48,915 bases of DNA. It comes from Clostridia bacterium (GTDB taxonomy: Bacteria > Bacillota > Clostridia > Oscillospirales > CAG-272). Below, piece by piece: positions 34,359-43,595 of this stretch. A program made the position numbers and the translations under genes. The notes beneath the pieces are model-generated. The model made no database searches and was not told where the DNA came from. It was given only the letters and a program-made list of their open reading frames with translations. The DNA is taken from the NCBI GenBank assembly GCA_017463815.1, contig JAFTOK010000072.1:1-48915 (forward strand). The letters run 5' to 3'. Within the stretch, counting starts at the first letter, position 1. Each line of letters opens with the position of its first letter.

Positions 34359-35687
34359 ATGAACACTCCGATTTGTGAGTTTTTGGAAAATTATGTGCAA
34401 AAAGGCGCGACGCGCCTGCATATGCCGGGGCACAAAGGTATAGGTGAAACGGAAAAATACGACCTTACGGAAATAGACGGCGCAGACAGCCTGTATGAAG
34501 CGAGCGGAATTATCGCGCAAAGCGAAAAAAACGCGGGCGGGCTTTTCGGAGCGCACACGTTCTATTCCGCAGAGGGCTCTTCCCTCGCCATTCGCGCGAT
34601 GCTCTACCTCGCCACGCTACACGCCGCAAGCCGCGGCGAAAAAGCGCGTGTGCTCGCAGGGCGCAACGCCCACAAGACGTTTGTGAGCGCCGTGGCGCTG
34701 CTCGGCACAGAGGTGGAATGGCTCACGGGCGGCGGCTCGTACCTTTCCTGCCGCGTGACGGCGGAAACCGTGCGCGAATATTTTGAGAACGCCCAAAGCC
34801 TTCCCACGGCGGTGTACCTTACCTCGCCCGATTACCTCGGTAATATGGCGGATATCGCGGGCGTGGCGCGGGTTTGCCGCGAAAACGGCGTACTTTTGCT
34901 CGTGGATAACGCACACGGCGCATACCTTAAGTTTTTGCCCGAGTCTATGCACCCCATAGACCTCGGTGCGCATATGTGTTGCGATTCCGCGCACAAAACT
35001 CTGCCCGCGCTCACGGGTTGTGCATACTTGCACGTGGCAAAAGACGCGCCGCAGATGCTTTCCGAAAACGCAAAAAACGCGCTCGCGCTTTTCGGCTCCA
35101 CAAGCCCCTCTTACCTTTTGCTCGCCTCGCTCGACGCGGCGAACAAGTACCTCGCGGAAAATTATCGCGAAAAACTTGCCGCGTTCGTGGGGCGGCTGGA
35201 ACTGCTCAAAAAAGAACTGCGCGCGCACGGCTACGCCTTTTCGGGAAACGAGCCGCTGAAGCTCACGTTCAACACGAAAGCCTACGGCTACCTCGGCGCG
35301 GAGATGGCGGAATATCTTACAGGGCAGAACTTCGTGCCCGAATTTTACGACCCCGATTTCCTTGTGCTTATGTTCACACCCGAAATAAGCGAGGGGGAAA
35401 TGGCAAGGCTTCGCAAGGTGCTGCTCGCTCTGCCGAAGCGCACGGAAATTTTCGTTTTCCCGCCGCGCCTCTCGCTCCCCGAGCGTGCTATGCACCCGCG
35501 CGAGGCGGTGCTTTCAGCCTGCGAAAAGCTACCCGTGGAAAAATGCGTGGGCAAAACGCTCGCCGCCGTCACGGTAGGCTGTCCGCCCGCCGTGCCTATA
35601 GCGGTTTCTGGCGAGGTTATAGACGAAAGCACGGTAAAATGCTTTAAATATTACGGCATTTCACATTGTAACGTAGTAAAAGAATAG
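34359..35687 (+). CDS. Orn/Lys/Arg decarboxylase-family (fold type I PLP) enzyme
   Basis: HMPGHKG, YSAEGSS and CDSAHKTLPALT (PLP-lysine) motifs of OKR_DC_1. Starts 2 nt after the maturase stop. Confidence 0.75.
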   Translation: MNTPICEFLENYVQKGATRLHMPGHKGIGETEKYDLTEIDGADSLYEASGIIAQSEKNAGGLFGAHTFYSAEGSSLAIRAMLYLATLHAASRGEKARVLAGRNAHKTFVSAVALLGTEVEWLTGGGSYLSCRVTAETVREYFENAQSLPTAVYLTSPDYLGNMADIAGVARVCRENGVLLLVDNAHGAYLKFLPESMHPIDLGAHMCCDSAHKTLPALTGCAYLHVAKDAPQMLSENAKNALALFGSTSPSYLLLASLDAANKYLAENYREKLAAFVGRLELLKKELRAHGYAFSGNEPLKLTFNTKAYGYLGAEMAEYLTGQNFVPEFYDPDFLVLMFTPEISEGEMARLRKVLLALPKRTEIFVFPPRLSLPERAMHPREAVLSACEKLPVEKCVGKTLAAVTVGCPPAVPIAVSGEVIDESTVKCFKYYGISHCNVVKE

Positions 35688-35695
35688 CTTTATAC

Positions 35696-35731
35696 AAAAA
35701 CATCGTTGTGTCGATACACAACGATGTTTTC
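35696..35731. terminator. Bidirectional intrinsic terminator
   Basis: 11 bp stem CATCGTTGTGT/ACACAACGATG flanked by an A-run and a T-run. Confidence 0.7.
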
Positions 35732-35734
35732 TTT

Positions 35735-37093
35735 TTATCTGTTTGCCATAGGTTCATAGGGAACGTCTTCTTTTACACTTATGTAAGCGGGGCGAATTAT
35801 TTTGCCCGCGTTCTGAATTTCTTCTATACGGTGCGCGCTCCAGCCGGCTATGCGAGCTATGGCGAAAATCGGCGTGAAAAGCTCATACGGCAAGCCGAGC
35901 ATCTTGTAGACCATACCCGAATAAAAATCCACGTTGGCACTGACGCCTTTGTAAATTTTGCGTTTTTCCCCGATTATCTGCGGTGCGAGCTTCTCCACGG
36001 TTTCGTAAAGCTCAAATTCTTCTTCCATACCCTTTTCCACGGAAAGCGCTTTTGCAAAGGAGCGCAATATATCCGCGCGCGGGTCGGAAACGGAATATAC
36101 CGCGTGGCCCATACCGTATATAAGCCCCGCGCGGTCGAACGCTTCCCTATCCAGCAGTTTTGCGAGATATTCCGCTATTTCTTCCTTGTTCTTCGTGTTT
36201 ATGCTCGCTTTCATATCGTCGAACATCTGCATAACCTTTATATTCGCGCCGCCGTGGCGGGGGCCCTTGAGCGAGCCGAGCGAGGCGGAAACGGCAGAGT
36301 ACGTGTCCGTACCCGAGGAGGTTACGACGTGCATAGCGAACGAGGAGTTGTTGCCGCCGCCGTGCTCTGCGTGGAGCACGAGCGCGAGGTCCAAAAGTTT
36401 GGCTTCAAGCGGCGTGTATTCGCCGTTTTCGCGCAGTATATAGAGCAGGTTTTCCGCCGTGGAAAGCCCCTGCTTGGGGTAATGTATAAAAAGGCTCTGC
36501 CCGTTGTGGTAATGCTGGTAAGATTGATATCCGTACACGGCGAGCAACGGAAACTGTGCTATAAGCGCTATGCACTGGCGCAGCACGTTTGCCGTGGAAA
36601 TATCGTCGGGGTTATCGTCGTAGGCGTAGAGCGCCAGCACGCTACGGGAAAGAATGTTCATCATATCCTTGCCGGGCGCTTTCAAAATCATATCGCGCAC
36701 GAAAGAGGGCGGCAGAGTGCGGTATTCCGCAAGCAACGCGCTGAAATCCGCAAGCTCGCGCTCGTTGGGAAGCTTTGAAAAAAGCAAAAGATACACGGTT
36801 TCCTCAAAGCCTTGGCGGTTATCGGCGACAAAGCCGCGCACAAGGTCGCGAACGTTTATGCCGCGGTAGTAAAGCCTGCCGTCGCAGGGGCGTGTGAGCC
36901 CTTCTTCGTTCTTTTCCTTTGATATTATTGTAGAAATTTCCGTAAGCCCCGCCACGACACCCGTGCCGTCTATATCGCGCAAGCCGCGTTTTACGTTGTT
37001 TTCCGCATACATCTGCGGCACGATATTGTTGTTGATATCGGAAAGCGCGGCGAGCTTCTGTATATATGGGGTAATTTCCGAATAATTTGTCAT
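35735..37093 (-). CDS. Citrate synthase
   Basis: GHAVY and DFYSG-type motifs (MGHAVYSVSDPRA, NVDFYSGMVY). Start set to the ATG giving MTNYSEI; the track ORF starts 13 codons earlier. Confidence 0.85.
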   Translation of the reverse strand: MTNYSEITPYIQKLAALSDINNNIVPQMYAENNVKRGLRDIDGTGVVAGLTEISTIISKEKNEEGLTRPCDGRLYYRGINVRDLVRGFVADNRQGFEETVYLLLFSKLPNERELADFSALLAEYRTLPPSFVRDMILKAPGKDMMNILSRSVLALYAYDDNPDDISTANVLRQCIALIAQFPLLAVYGYQSYQHYHNGQSLFIHYPKQGLSTAENLLYILRENGEYTPLEAKLLDLALVLHAEHGGGNNSSFAMHVVTSSGTDTYSAVSASLGSLKGPRHGGANIKVMQMFDDMKASINTKNKEEIAEYLAKLLDREAFDRAGLIYGMGHAVYSVSDPRADILRSFAKALSVEKGMEEEFELYETVEKLAPQIIGEKRKIYKGVSANVDFYSGMVYKMLGLPYELFTPIFAIARIAGWSAHRIEEIQNAGKIIRPAYISVKEDVPYEPMANR

Positions 37094-37273
37094 CTTTTCT
37101 CTATTTCCTTCCTGATTTGGGTATTTACGCATTTACTACGTATATTTTACCATATTTGCGGTTAAATTGCAGTAAATAATCTTTAAAAATTCTGTAAATT
37201 TATTGTCGAAAAGCTAAAATTCGGCGCTATTTTCGCCGTTTTCGGGTATTTTATTTTTCTTCGCCAAAAACTA

Positions 37274-37302
37274 TTGACAATTTTCTTTTGTAAAACTATA
37301 AT
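37274..37302 (+). promoter_or_regulatory. Sigma-A promoter of ilvA-ridA
   Basis: TTGACA-17 nt-TATAAT, perfect consensus. Confidence 0.6.
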
Positions 37303-37326
37303 ATTTTTATGATATATTTGAGTGGC

Positions 37327-37360
37327 AACCGCCCAATATCGGGGCGGTTTTCACTTTTTT
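37327..37360 (+). promoter_or_regulatory. Terminator-like hairpin inside the ilvA 5-prime leader
   Basis: AACCGCCC-N7-GGGCGGTT followed by TTCACTTTTTT. It abuts the GGAGG RBS. Confidence 0.45.
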
Positions 37361-37371
37361 GGAGGCATATT

Positions 37372-38571
37372 GTGTTAACCATAGATAAAGTTTATGATGC
37401 GGCGCGCGTGCTCGAACCCGTTGTGCGCCACACACAGCTCATAGAAGCACCGCGTATGAGCGACGAGCTTGCCTGCAAGCTTTATTTAAAACCCGAAAAT
37501 CTTCAGCTTACGGGTTCTTTCAAAGTGCGCGGCTCCGCTTATAAAATTTCACAGCTTACAGACGAAGAAAAATCCCACGGTGTTATCGCTTGCTCCGCAG
37601 GCAACCACGCGCAGGGCGTTGCCCTCGCTGCTACGAAGCAGGGTATAAAATCCGTAATCTGCCTGCCCGCAGGCGCGCCTATTTCCAAGGTTCAAGCAAC
37701 TAAAGGCTACGGCGCAGACGTTTGCCTTGTAGACGGCGTTTACGATGACGCTTACGCAGAGGCAATCCGCCAGAGAGATGAGCTTGGATATACGTTCATT
37801 CACCCGTTCGACGATGACGACGTTATCGCAGGTCAAGGCACAATCGGCCTGGAAATCCTCAACGAGCTCCCCGATACAGACGTGGTTGTCGTTCCCGTTG
37901 GCGGCGGCGGTCTTATTTCAGGCGTTGCGTACGCGCTCAAAACGCTCAAACCCTCCGTAAAAATCTACGGTGTTCAGGCGGCAGGCGCACCCTCTATGTA
38001 CAACGCAGTCACAACGGGCGTGCCCGAAAAGCTCCGCTCCGTTTCCACCTTTGCAGACGGCATCGCCGTTAAAGCACCGGGCGAAAATACGTTTGAATAC
38101 TGCAAAAAATACGTAGATGAAATCGTAACCGTTACGGAAGACGAAATTTCCGCGGCTATACTCCACCTCATCGAAAACCAGAAGCTTATCGCAGAGGGCG
38201 CTGGCGCGGTTTCCGTGGCGGCTGTCAAATTCGGCAAAATCCCCGTGGCGGGCAAAAAAGTAGTTTGCATCGTTTCGGGCGGTAACATCGACGTTACAAT
38301 TCTTTCCCGCGTTATAGACCGCGGTCTTCACAAGAGCGGCAGAGCTTGCTCTATAGTTATTGAGCTTATAGATAAGCCCGGTCAGCTCGAAATGGTTTCC
38401 CACATCATCGCGGAATGCGGCGGCAACGTGGTTTCCGTTCACCACGAGCACGGCGACGCGCAGGCGGTAAACGGTTGTTTCCTGCGCCTCGGTATGGAAA
38501 CCAAGAGCTTCGAGCATATCGAAGAAATCAAAAACAGCCTTATAAAAGAAGGCTTTAAAATCGTACAGTAA
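37372..38571 (+). CDS. ilvA: Threonine ammonia-lyase (threonine dehydratase) with C-terminal ACT-like domain
   Basis: [12 protein letters not shown] (PLP lysine) and GGGGLISG motifs. GTG start 6 nt after GGAGG; the track ORF begins at an upstream in-frame ATG at 37309. Confidence 0.85.
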   Translation: MLTIDKVYDAARVLEPVVRHTQLIEAPRMSDELACKLYLKPENLQLTGSFKVRGSAYKISQLTDEEKSHGVIACSAGNHAQGVALAATKQGIKSVICLPAGAPISKVQATKGYGADVCLVDGVYDDAYAEAIRQRDELGYTFIHPFDDDDVIAGQGTIGLEILNELPDTDVVVVPVGGGGLISGVAYALKTLKPSVKIYGVQAAGAPSMYNAVTTGVPEKLRSVSTFADGIAVKAPGENTFEYCKKYVDEIVTVTEDEISAAILHLIENQKLIAEGAGAVSVAAVKFGKIPVAGKKVVCIVSGGNIDVTILSRVIDRGLHKSGRACSIVIELIDKPGQLEMVSHIIAECGGNVVSVHHEHGDAQAVNGCFLRLGMETKSFEHIEEIKNSLIKEGFKIVQ

Positions 38572-38589
38572 AATATTCGGAGGTTTAAT

Positions 38590-38967
38590 ATGTCCAAGGT
38601 TATTTATACAAAAAACGCACCCGACGCCATCGGCCCCTATTCCCAGGGAATCATAACAGGCGGCTTGCTCTTCACATCAGGCCAGATTGCCATCAACCCC
38701 GCAACGGGCGCGGTTGAAGCCGTTACAATCGAGGAACAGACAGAGCAGGTTTGCAAAAACATCGGCGCACTTTTAGAAGCGGCAGGCACATCCTATGAAA
38801 AGGTTGTGAAAACGACTTGCTTCCTCGCCGATATGGGCGATTTCGCCGCATTCAACGCAGTTTACGGCAAATACTTCGTTTCCAAACCCGCGCGCTCCTG
38901 TGTGGCGGCAAAAACGCTCCCCAAGAACGTTCTTTGCGAAGTGGAAGTAATCGCAGAAGTGGAATAA
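38590..38967 (+). CDS. ridA: RidA/YjgF-family reactive enamine/imine deaminase
   Basis: APDAIGPYSQGI...GQIAINP...PARSCVAAKTLPKNVLCEVEVIA is canonical RidA. Functionally linked to ilvA. Confidence 0.85.
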   Translation: MSKVIYTKNAPDAIGPYSQGIITGGLLFTSGQIAINPATGAVEAVTIEEQTEQVCKNIGALLEAAGTSYEKVVKTTCFLADMGDFAAFNAVYGKYFVSKPARSCVAAKTLPKNVLCEVEVIAEVE

Positions 38968-39014
38968 TAAAAAAGAGCGCTTTGCGAAACTTCTCATAAG
39001 GAAGTTTACAAATT

Positions 39015-39048
39015 TCGGCAGGGAGATTGTCTTCTCTGCCGATTTGTG
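39015..39048 (+). terminator. Hairpin terminator after ridA
   Basis: TCGGCAG...CTGCCGA stem followed by a T-rich tail. Confidence 0.5.
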
Positions 39049-39069
39049 TTATAATGGAGTTAACAAAAG

Positions 39070-39187
39070 CCTCCCTTGTGTAAAGGGAGGTGCCGAGCGA
39101 ATGCGAGGCAGAGGGATTGTAACGGCAGAAGATAGCGAAAAACAATCCCTCAGTCGCTACCGCGACAGCTCCCTTTGCACAAGGGAG
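39070..39187. repeat. Multi-hairpin dyad repeat, divergent copy A
   Basis: CCTCCCTT-GTGT-AAGGGAGG; central stem GAGGGATTGT/ACAATCCCTC; GTCGC-TACC-GCGAC; GCTCCCTTT-GCAC-AAGGGAGC. Confidence 0.5.
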
Positions 39188-39365
39188 CCTTTGGACACGC
39201 TTGTGCATCTTTAGTGGTATTGGCTTTGCCCGAAGCGTTTGTTATACAAATGCGAAATCGGCGATAAAACGGAACGGTAAACTTGAATTTGTAGGGATGG
39301 TGTTTATGAAAAGATTTATATCATTGATACCTACTCGTAAGAAAATAATTTTGAAGGAGAACACG

Positions 39366-39899
39366 ATGATAAAAGTTAAAATAATAGACAGTGCTCGAAA
39401 AGATGACATCAACATCAAGAATCATCCATTCAAGCTGTTCGGGCTGATGCTACCGTCCTATAATAACGGCAAATGGGATCATACAGAGATTGTTTTTCCA
39501 CCCGAAAACCATACTGAAATGCGCTTTCCCGATGAGAATTACGATTACGACAAAATGAAAGATGAGCATATTTTCATCGGAGCATACGATGGAGAACAAT
39601 GTATCGGGCTTGCAATTATGCGAGATGATTTTTTCAAATATATGTATCTGTACGACTTGAAAGTGAACTCTGCATATCGCAGCAAAGGTGTCGGTGCTAT
39701 GCTTATTGATAAGTGCAAAGAAGTAGCCGTTGAACAGGGCTATCGCGGTATCTATACGCAGGGGCAAGACAATAACCTCGGTGCGTGCAAATTCTATCTT
39801 AAATGTGGCTTTGAAATTGGCGGTATTAACACTCACGTTTATAATGGCACACCACAAGAAAATAAGAAGGATATTTTCTTTTACATAGATGCCGAATGA
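39366..39899 (+). CDS. GNAT N-acetyltransferase, streptothricin acetyltransferase (Sat)-like
   Basis: 177 aa. PFKLFGLMLPSYNNGKWDHTE and TQGQDNNLGACKFYLKCGFEIGGINTHVY resemble my recollection of Sat4/SatA. AAGGAGA RBS. ~38-40% GC by eye. Confidence 0.65.
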   Translation: MIKVKIIDSARKDDINIKNHPFKLFGLMLPSYNNGKWDHTEIVFPPENHTEMRFPDENYDYDKMKDEHIFIGAYDGEQCIGLAIMRDDFFKYMYLYDLKVNSAYRSKGVGAMLIDKCKEVAVEQGYRGIYTQGQDNNLGACKFYLKCGFEIGGINTHVYNGTPQENKKDIFFYIDAE

Positions 39900-39911
39900 G
39901 GATAGCTATTT

Positions 39912-40457
39912 ATGAAGTATGATAACAAAACAATCAAATTAAAAAACGGACAATCGGCAATTTTAAGAGCGCCAAGTGCGAATGATGCAGCCGAGCTGAT
40001 TGCCTATATGAAAACCGTTTTTGGTGAAACGGACTTTCTGATGCGTTATCCCGAAGAGTTTGAAATGAGCGTGGAGGATGAGGCAAAAATCCTTGAGGGG
40101 TTGGAAAGTTCCGAAACAAGCCTAATGATATGCTGCGAAGCAGACGGAAAGCTTGTCGGCAACTGTCAGCTCAGCTTCAACCAAAGAATTAAAACTGCCC
40201 ATCGCGCAACCATTGCAATTTCCGTGTTAAAGGACTATTGGGGACAAGGTATAGGTACGGCTCTGTTTGAAGAAATGATTAAGGTTTCCAAAGATAAGGG
40301 TGTCTTGCAAATGGAGCTTGAATTTGTAGAGGGCAACGAGCGTGCCAAAAGGCTTTATGAAAAAATAGGATTCGCTGTCGTTGCCGAAAAGCCGAATGCC
40401 ATTCGGCTGAAAGACGGAACGATGCTCAAAGAGTATTTTATGGTGAAATATTTATAA
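39912..40457 (+). CDS. GNAT-family N-acetyltransferase
   Basis: Acetyl-CoA motif WGQGIGTALFEEMI...ERAKRLYEKIGF. Low GC. Confidence 0.75.
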   Translation: MKYDNKTIKLKNGQSAILRAPSANDAAELIAYMKTVFGETDFLMRYPEEFEMSVEDEAKILEGLESSETSLMICCEADGKLVGNCQLSFNQRIKTAHRATIAISVLKDYWGQGIGTALFEEMIKVSKDKGVLQMELEFVEGNERAKRLYEKIGFAVVAEKPNAIRLKDGTMLKEYFMVKYL

Positions 40458-40503
40458 TTATGCTTATCGTCAAATTCCAATTTATCGAACAGAATAAACA
40501 CAA

Positions 40504-40540
40504 CCCCGACAGACCTTGAAAATCTGTCGGGGTTTTATAT
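40504..40540 (+). terminator. Intrinsic terminator after GNAT pair
   Basis: 10 bp stem CCCCGACAGA/TCTGTCGGGG followed by TTTT. Confidence 0.65.
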
Positions 40541-40560
40541 TTGTTTACTGCATAAAAAAA

Positions 40561-40674
40561 GCCTTCTCCTGCGGGAGAAGGGGGACCGCGAAGCGGTGGA
40601 TGAGGAGTTGCTTTGATTTTGGAACACCTCATCCGTCAGCCTTCGGTTGCCACCTTCCCCCGCTGGGGAAGGCT
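40561..40674. repeat. Multi-hairpin dyad repeat, copy B
   Basis: CCTTCTCC-TGCG-GGAGAAGG; ACCGC-GAA-GCGGT; GGATGAGG...CCTCATCC; CAGCC-TTC-GGTTG; CCTTCCCC-CGCT-GGGGAAGG. Confidence 0.7.
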
Positions 40675-40792
40675 ATTCAATTTTACCGCTAATTTTGCAG
40701 ATTCTTAGGCGCTCTTTTTTGCCCTACCAAGTGCCTTGCACTTTTGATATGATATTTCAAAAATCCTCGCCAAAGCGAGGATTTTTCACTTT

Positions 40793-41716
40793 TTACACAA
40801 GCAAAACCATAACGGGAATGGTAAGCACCGAAAGCATCGTGCCCAGCAACATAAGGTTTGCCGCCGTTTCTTGCCCTTCGCCGAGCATTTCGGCAAAGTT
40901 CAGCACCACGCTCGCTACGGGGCAAGCTACCATAATGTAAACAGAGGTTTTCAGGTTTTCATCCACGGGGAAAAGGCGCAAAAGCAGAAGCGCTATGAGC
41001 GGCAGAACAAGCTGCTTTGCCGCGATGATAAGATATTGCACCGGCACGGCAAAAACCTTTTTCACGCTCATCGTGGCAAGGCGCATACCCATTATCAGCA
41101 TACAGAGCGGCGTTGTCATACGCGCGAGCAGGGCGAGCATATCGCCAAGCTCCGCTGGCAAAGCCACACCCGTAACAAACAGCGGTATAGCCACCAGAAG
41201 CGAAAGCACCGCAGGGTTGAGCGCTATTTTTTTCACGCTCATATACTTCGGGTTGTTCGTTATAATCGCAGAGCCGAGTGTCCAGCCGAGAATGTTCATA
41301 ACGAGCGAAAACATCGCGGAAAACGCCACCGCCTGCGGGTAATCGGGCAAAAGCGCCTCTAAAACGGGCACACCCATAAACGCACAGTTGGAAAAGCAAA
41401 GGGAAAGCGTGTATACGCGGTAGCGCACGTCCTCGATTTTCTTGCGAAAAAGGAAACGGAACGTGAGAAGCACCGTCACCATAAGCACGAGCACGAAGAA
41501 GAATACAAAAAGCATATCCGCAACCATACGGAGCGAAAATTCCACGCGCGAGAAAGAATAAATTATAAGTGCAGGCGAGCAAACGTACATAAGCAGTTTT
41601 GCAAAAGCGGAAATAGCGTCGCCTTTAACAAGCCCACTTTTCACCATAAGAAAACCCGGGCAAGCATACAGAAGCATAACCGCCACGGTGGAAAGAGCGA
41701 TAAAAAAACTGCCCAC
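40793..41716 (-). CDS. AEC (auxin efflux carrier) family transporter
   Basis: ~10 TM segments with the typical two-half membrane-transport architecture. Start set to a GTG 7 nt after AGGAAG. Confidence 0.75.
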   Translation of the reverse strand: MGSFFIALSTVAVMLLYACPGFLMVKSGLVKGDAISAFAKLLMYVCSPALIIYSFSRVEFSLRMVADMLFVFFFVLVLMVTVLLTFRFLFRKKIEDVRYRVYTLSLCFSNCAFMGVPVLEALLPDYPQAVAFSAMFSLVMNILGWTLGSAIITNNPKYMSVKKIALNPAVLSLLVAIPLFVTGVALPAELGDMLALLARMTTPLCMLIMGMRLATMSVKKVFAVPVQYLIIAAKQLVLPLIALLLLRLFPVDENLKTSVYIMVACPVASVVLNFAEMLGEGQETAANLMLLGTMLSVLTIPVMVLLV

Positions 41717-41872
41717 AAAAACACTTCCTTTCAAAAATATATCCGAACAATAATATAGCACAAATGCCGCATACTTTCAAGAATTTTTTAAAAAATCCTA
41801 TATATTGCATATTTCTGCCGCAACCTTAATATATTTTTGCTATGAACAAAAAATATTTGGGAGGAAACAAAA

Positions 41873-43345
41873 ATGAGCAATATTTACCGCGACATCGCCA
41901 CCCGTACCGCGGGGGATATTTACATAGGCGTGGTTGGGCCCGTACGCACGGGCAAATCCACCTTTATCAAAAAATTTATGGAAACGGTCATCGTGCCGAA
42001 TATCAAGGGCGATTATGACAAAAAAAGAGCCAAAGACGAAATGCCCCAATCTGCCGCGGGCAAAACCGTTATGACAACAGAACCGAAGTTCATCCCCGAC
42101 GAGGCAGTTACGGTAACGCTCGACGGAGGCGAGGAATTTTCCTGCAAAATGATAGATTGCGTGGGCTACATCGTGCCCGAAGCGCTCGGCAACTACGAAA
42201 ACGGCGAGCTGCGTATGGTTATGACGCCGTGGTCCGACGAGCCGATGGCTTTTGACCGCGCGGCGGAAATCGGCACGGAAAAGGTTATCCGCGAACACGC
42301 GACAATCGGTGTGCTCGTTACTTGCGACGGCACGTTCGGCGACATTCCGCGCGCAAACTACGAAGCGGCGGAGGCGCGTGTGGCAAGCGAGCTCCACGAA
42401 ATAAACAAACCGTTTGTTGTGGTGCTCAACTCCGCGCACCCCGAAAGCGCAGAGGCTGTAAACCTCGCTCTGGAGCTCGAAAAACGCTACAAAGCGCCCG
42501 TTGCGCTCGTAAACTGCCTGGAGCTTGACAAAGAGGACATCGGGCACATTTTAGAGCTTGTGCTTATGGAGTTCCCCGTTTGCGAAATCCGCGTGGAGCT
42601 GCCGAACTTCATCGCCTCGCTCGACCGCTCGCACCCCGTTTACAAAAGTATGCTCGCGCAGGTAGTGGAATGTGCGGGAAACATCAAGGTGACGGGCGAT
42701 ATAGGCACGTGTTTTGCCTCTGCCACGGAAAACGAGCACATTAAAAACACGTACGTTTCGCGCCTCGACCTCGGCACAGGCAAAGCAGAAATCGCCGTGA
42801 GCGCCGCCGACGGGCTTTTCTACCGCCTTATAAGCGACGTAGCAGGCACGGAAATAACAGACGATGCTTCGCTTATGTCCACAATAGCGCAGTTTGCGGG
42901 CGCAAAACGCAAATACGATAAAGTTGCGGCGGCTATAGACGAGGTGAACAGCACGGGTTACGGCATTGTGGTGCCCGAAATCTACGACCTCAAGCTCGAA
43001 GAACCCGAAATCGTGAAAAAAAGCGGCGGCTACGGCGTTCAGCTTCGCGCGTCCGCGCCATCCATTCATATGATAAAGGCAGACATAAAAACGGAAGTTT
43101 CGCCGATTGTGGGCACGGAGGCGCAATCGGAAGAGCTTGTGAACTTCCTCTTGCGCGAGTTTGAAACCGACCCTCAGCGAATTTGGGAAACGAATATGCT
43201 CGGCAAATCGCTCTACGAGCTTGTAAACGAGGGCTTGCACGCAAAACTTTCTCATATGCCCGACGATGCGCGCGCTCGCCTTTCGGAAACGCTCCAACGT
43301 GTAATCAACGAGGGCGCAGGCGGGCTTGTGTGTATTATTCTTTAG
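41873..43345 (+). CDS. spoIVA: Stage IV sporulation protein A (spore coat morphogenetic ATPase)
   Basis: MSNIYRDIATRTAGDIYIGVVGPVRTGKSTFIKKFM (Walker A) and full-length similarity. RBS GGGAGG. Confidence 0.95.
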   Translation: MSNIYRDIATRTAGDIYIGVVGPVRTGKSTFIKKFMETVIVPNIKGDYDKKRAKDEMPQSAAGKTVMTTEPKFIPDEAVTVTLDGGEEFSCKMIDCVGYIVPEALGNYENGELRMVMTPWSDEPMAFDRAAEIGTEKVIREHATIGVLVTCDGTFGDIPRANYEAAEARVASELHEINKPFVVVLNSAHPESAEAVNLALELEKRYKAPVALVNCLELDKEDIGHILELVLMEFPVCEIRVELPNFIASLDRSHPVYKSMLAQVVECAGNIKVTGDIGTCFASATENEHIKNTYVSRLDLGTGKAEIAVSAADGLFYRLISDVAGTEITDDASLMSTIAQFAGAKRKYDKVAAAIDEVNSTGYGIVVPEIYDLKLEEPEIVKKSGGYGVQLRASAPSIHMIKADIKTEVSPIVGTEAQSEELVNFLLREFETDPQRIWETNMLGKSLYELVNEGLHAKLSHMPDDARARLSETLQRVINEGAGGLVCIIL

Positions 43346-43354
43346 AGTGGCTCG

Positions 43355-43486
43355 CCTTCCCCTCGAGGGGAAGGTGGCACGCCTCGCGTGACGGATGAGG
43401 TGTAGCCGTCCGCAGACGGCGTTATCTCAAAAAATCAAAGACACCTCATCAGTCCCTTATGGGACAGCTTCCCCTCAAGGGGAAGC
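43355..43486. repeat. Multi-hairpin dyad repeat, copy C
   Basis: CCTTCCCC-TCGA-GGGGAAGG; CACGC-CTC-GCGTG; GGATGAGGTG...CACCTCATC, with an inner GCCGTC-CGCA-GACGGC; GTCCC-TTAT-GGGAC; GCTTCCCC-TCAA-GGGGAAGC. Confidence 0.7.
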
Positions 43487-43595
43487 CCAAAAGGCGCCAC
43501 CCATACAAAAATCCCCACGCATTCGCTTATTTAAAAAAGTTTACATCTATTAGTTGTAAATTAACCACTTTTCAAAAATATCCGTTATCATATAT

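Noticed and set aside
39201-39365. The upstream 55 codons of the 232-aa track ORF containing the Sat-like gene.
   Set aside because: This part runs out of the repeat element and has no homology-like sequence. AAGGAGA lies 5 nt before the ATG at 39366, and the N-terminus MIKVKIID aligns with the expected Sat N-terminus.
41717-41872. A sigma-E-type sporulation promoter upstream of spoIVA.
   Set aside because: spoIVA is sigma-E dependent in Bacillus. I could find only weak partial matches (GCATATT ... ATATATTT) at imperfect spacing, which is not enough to annotate a promoter.
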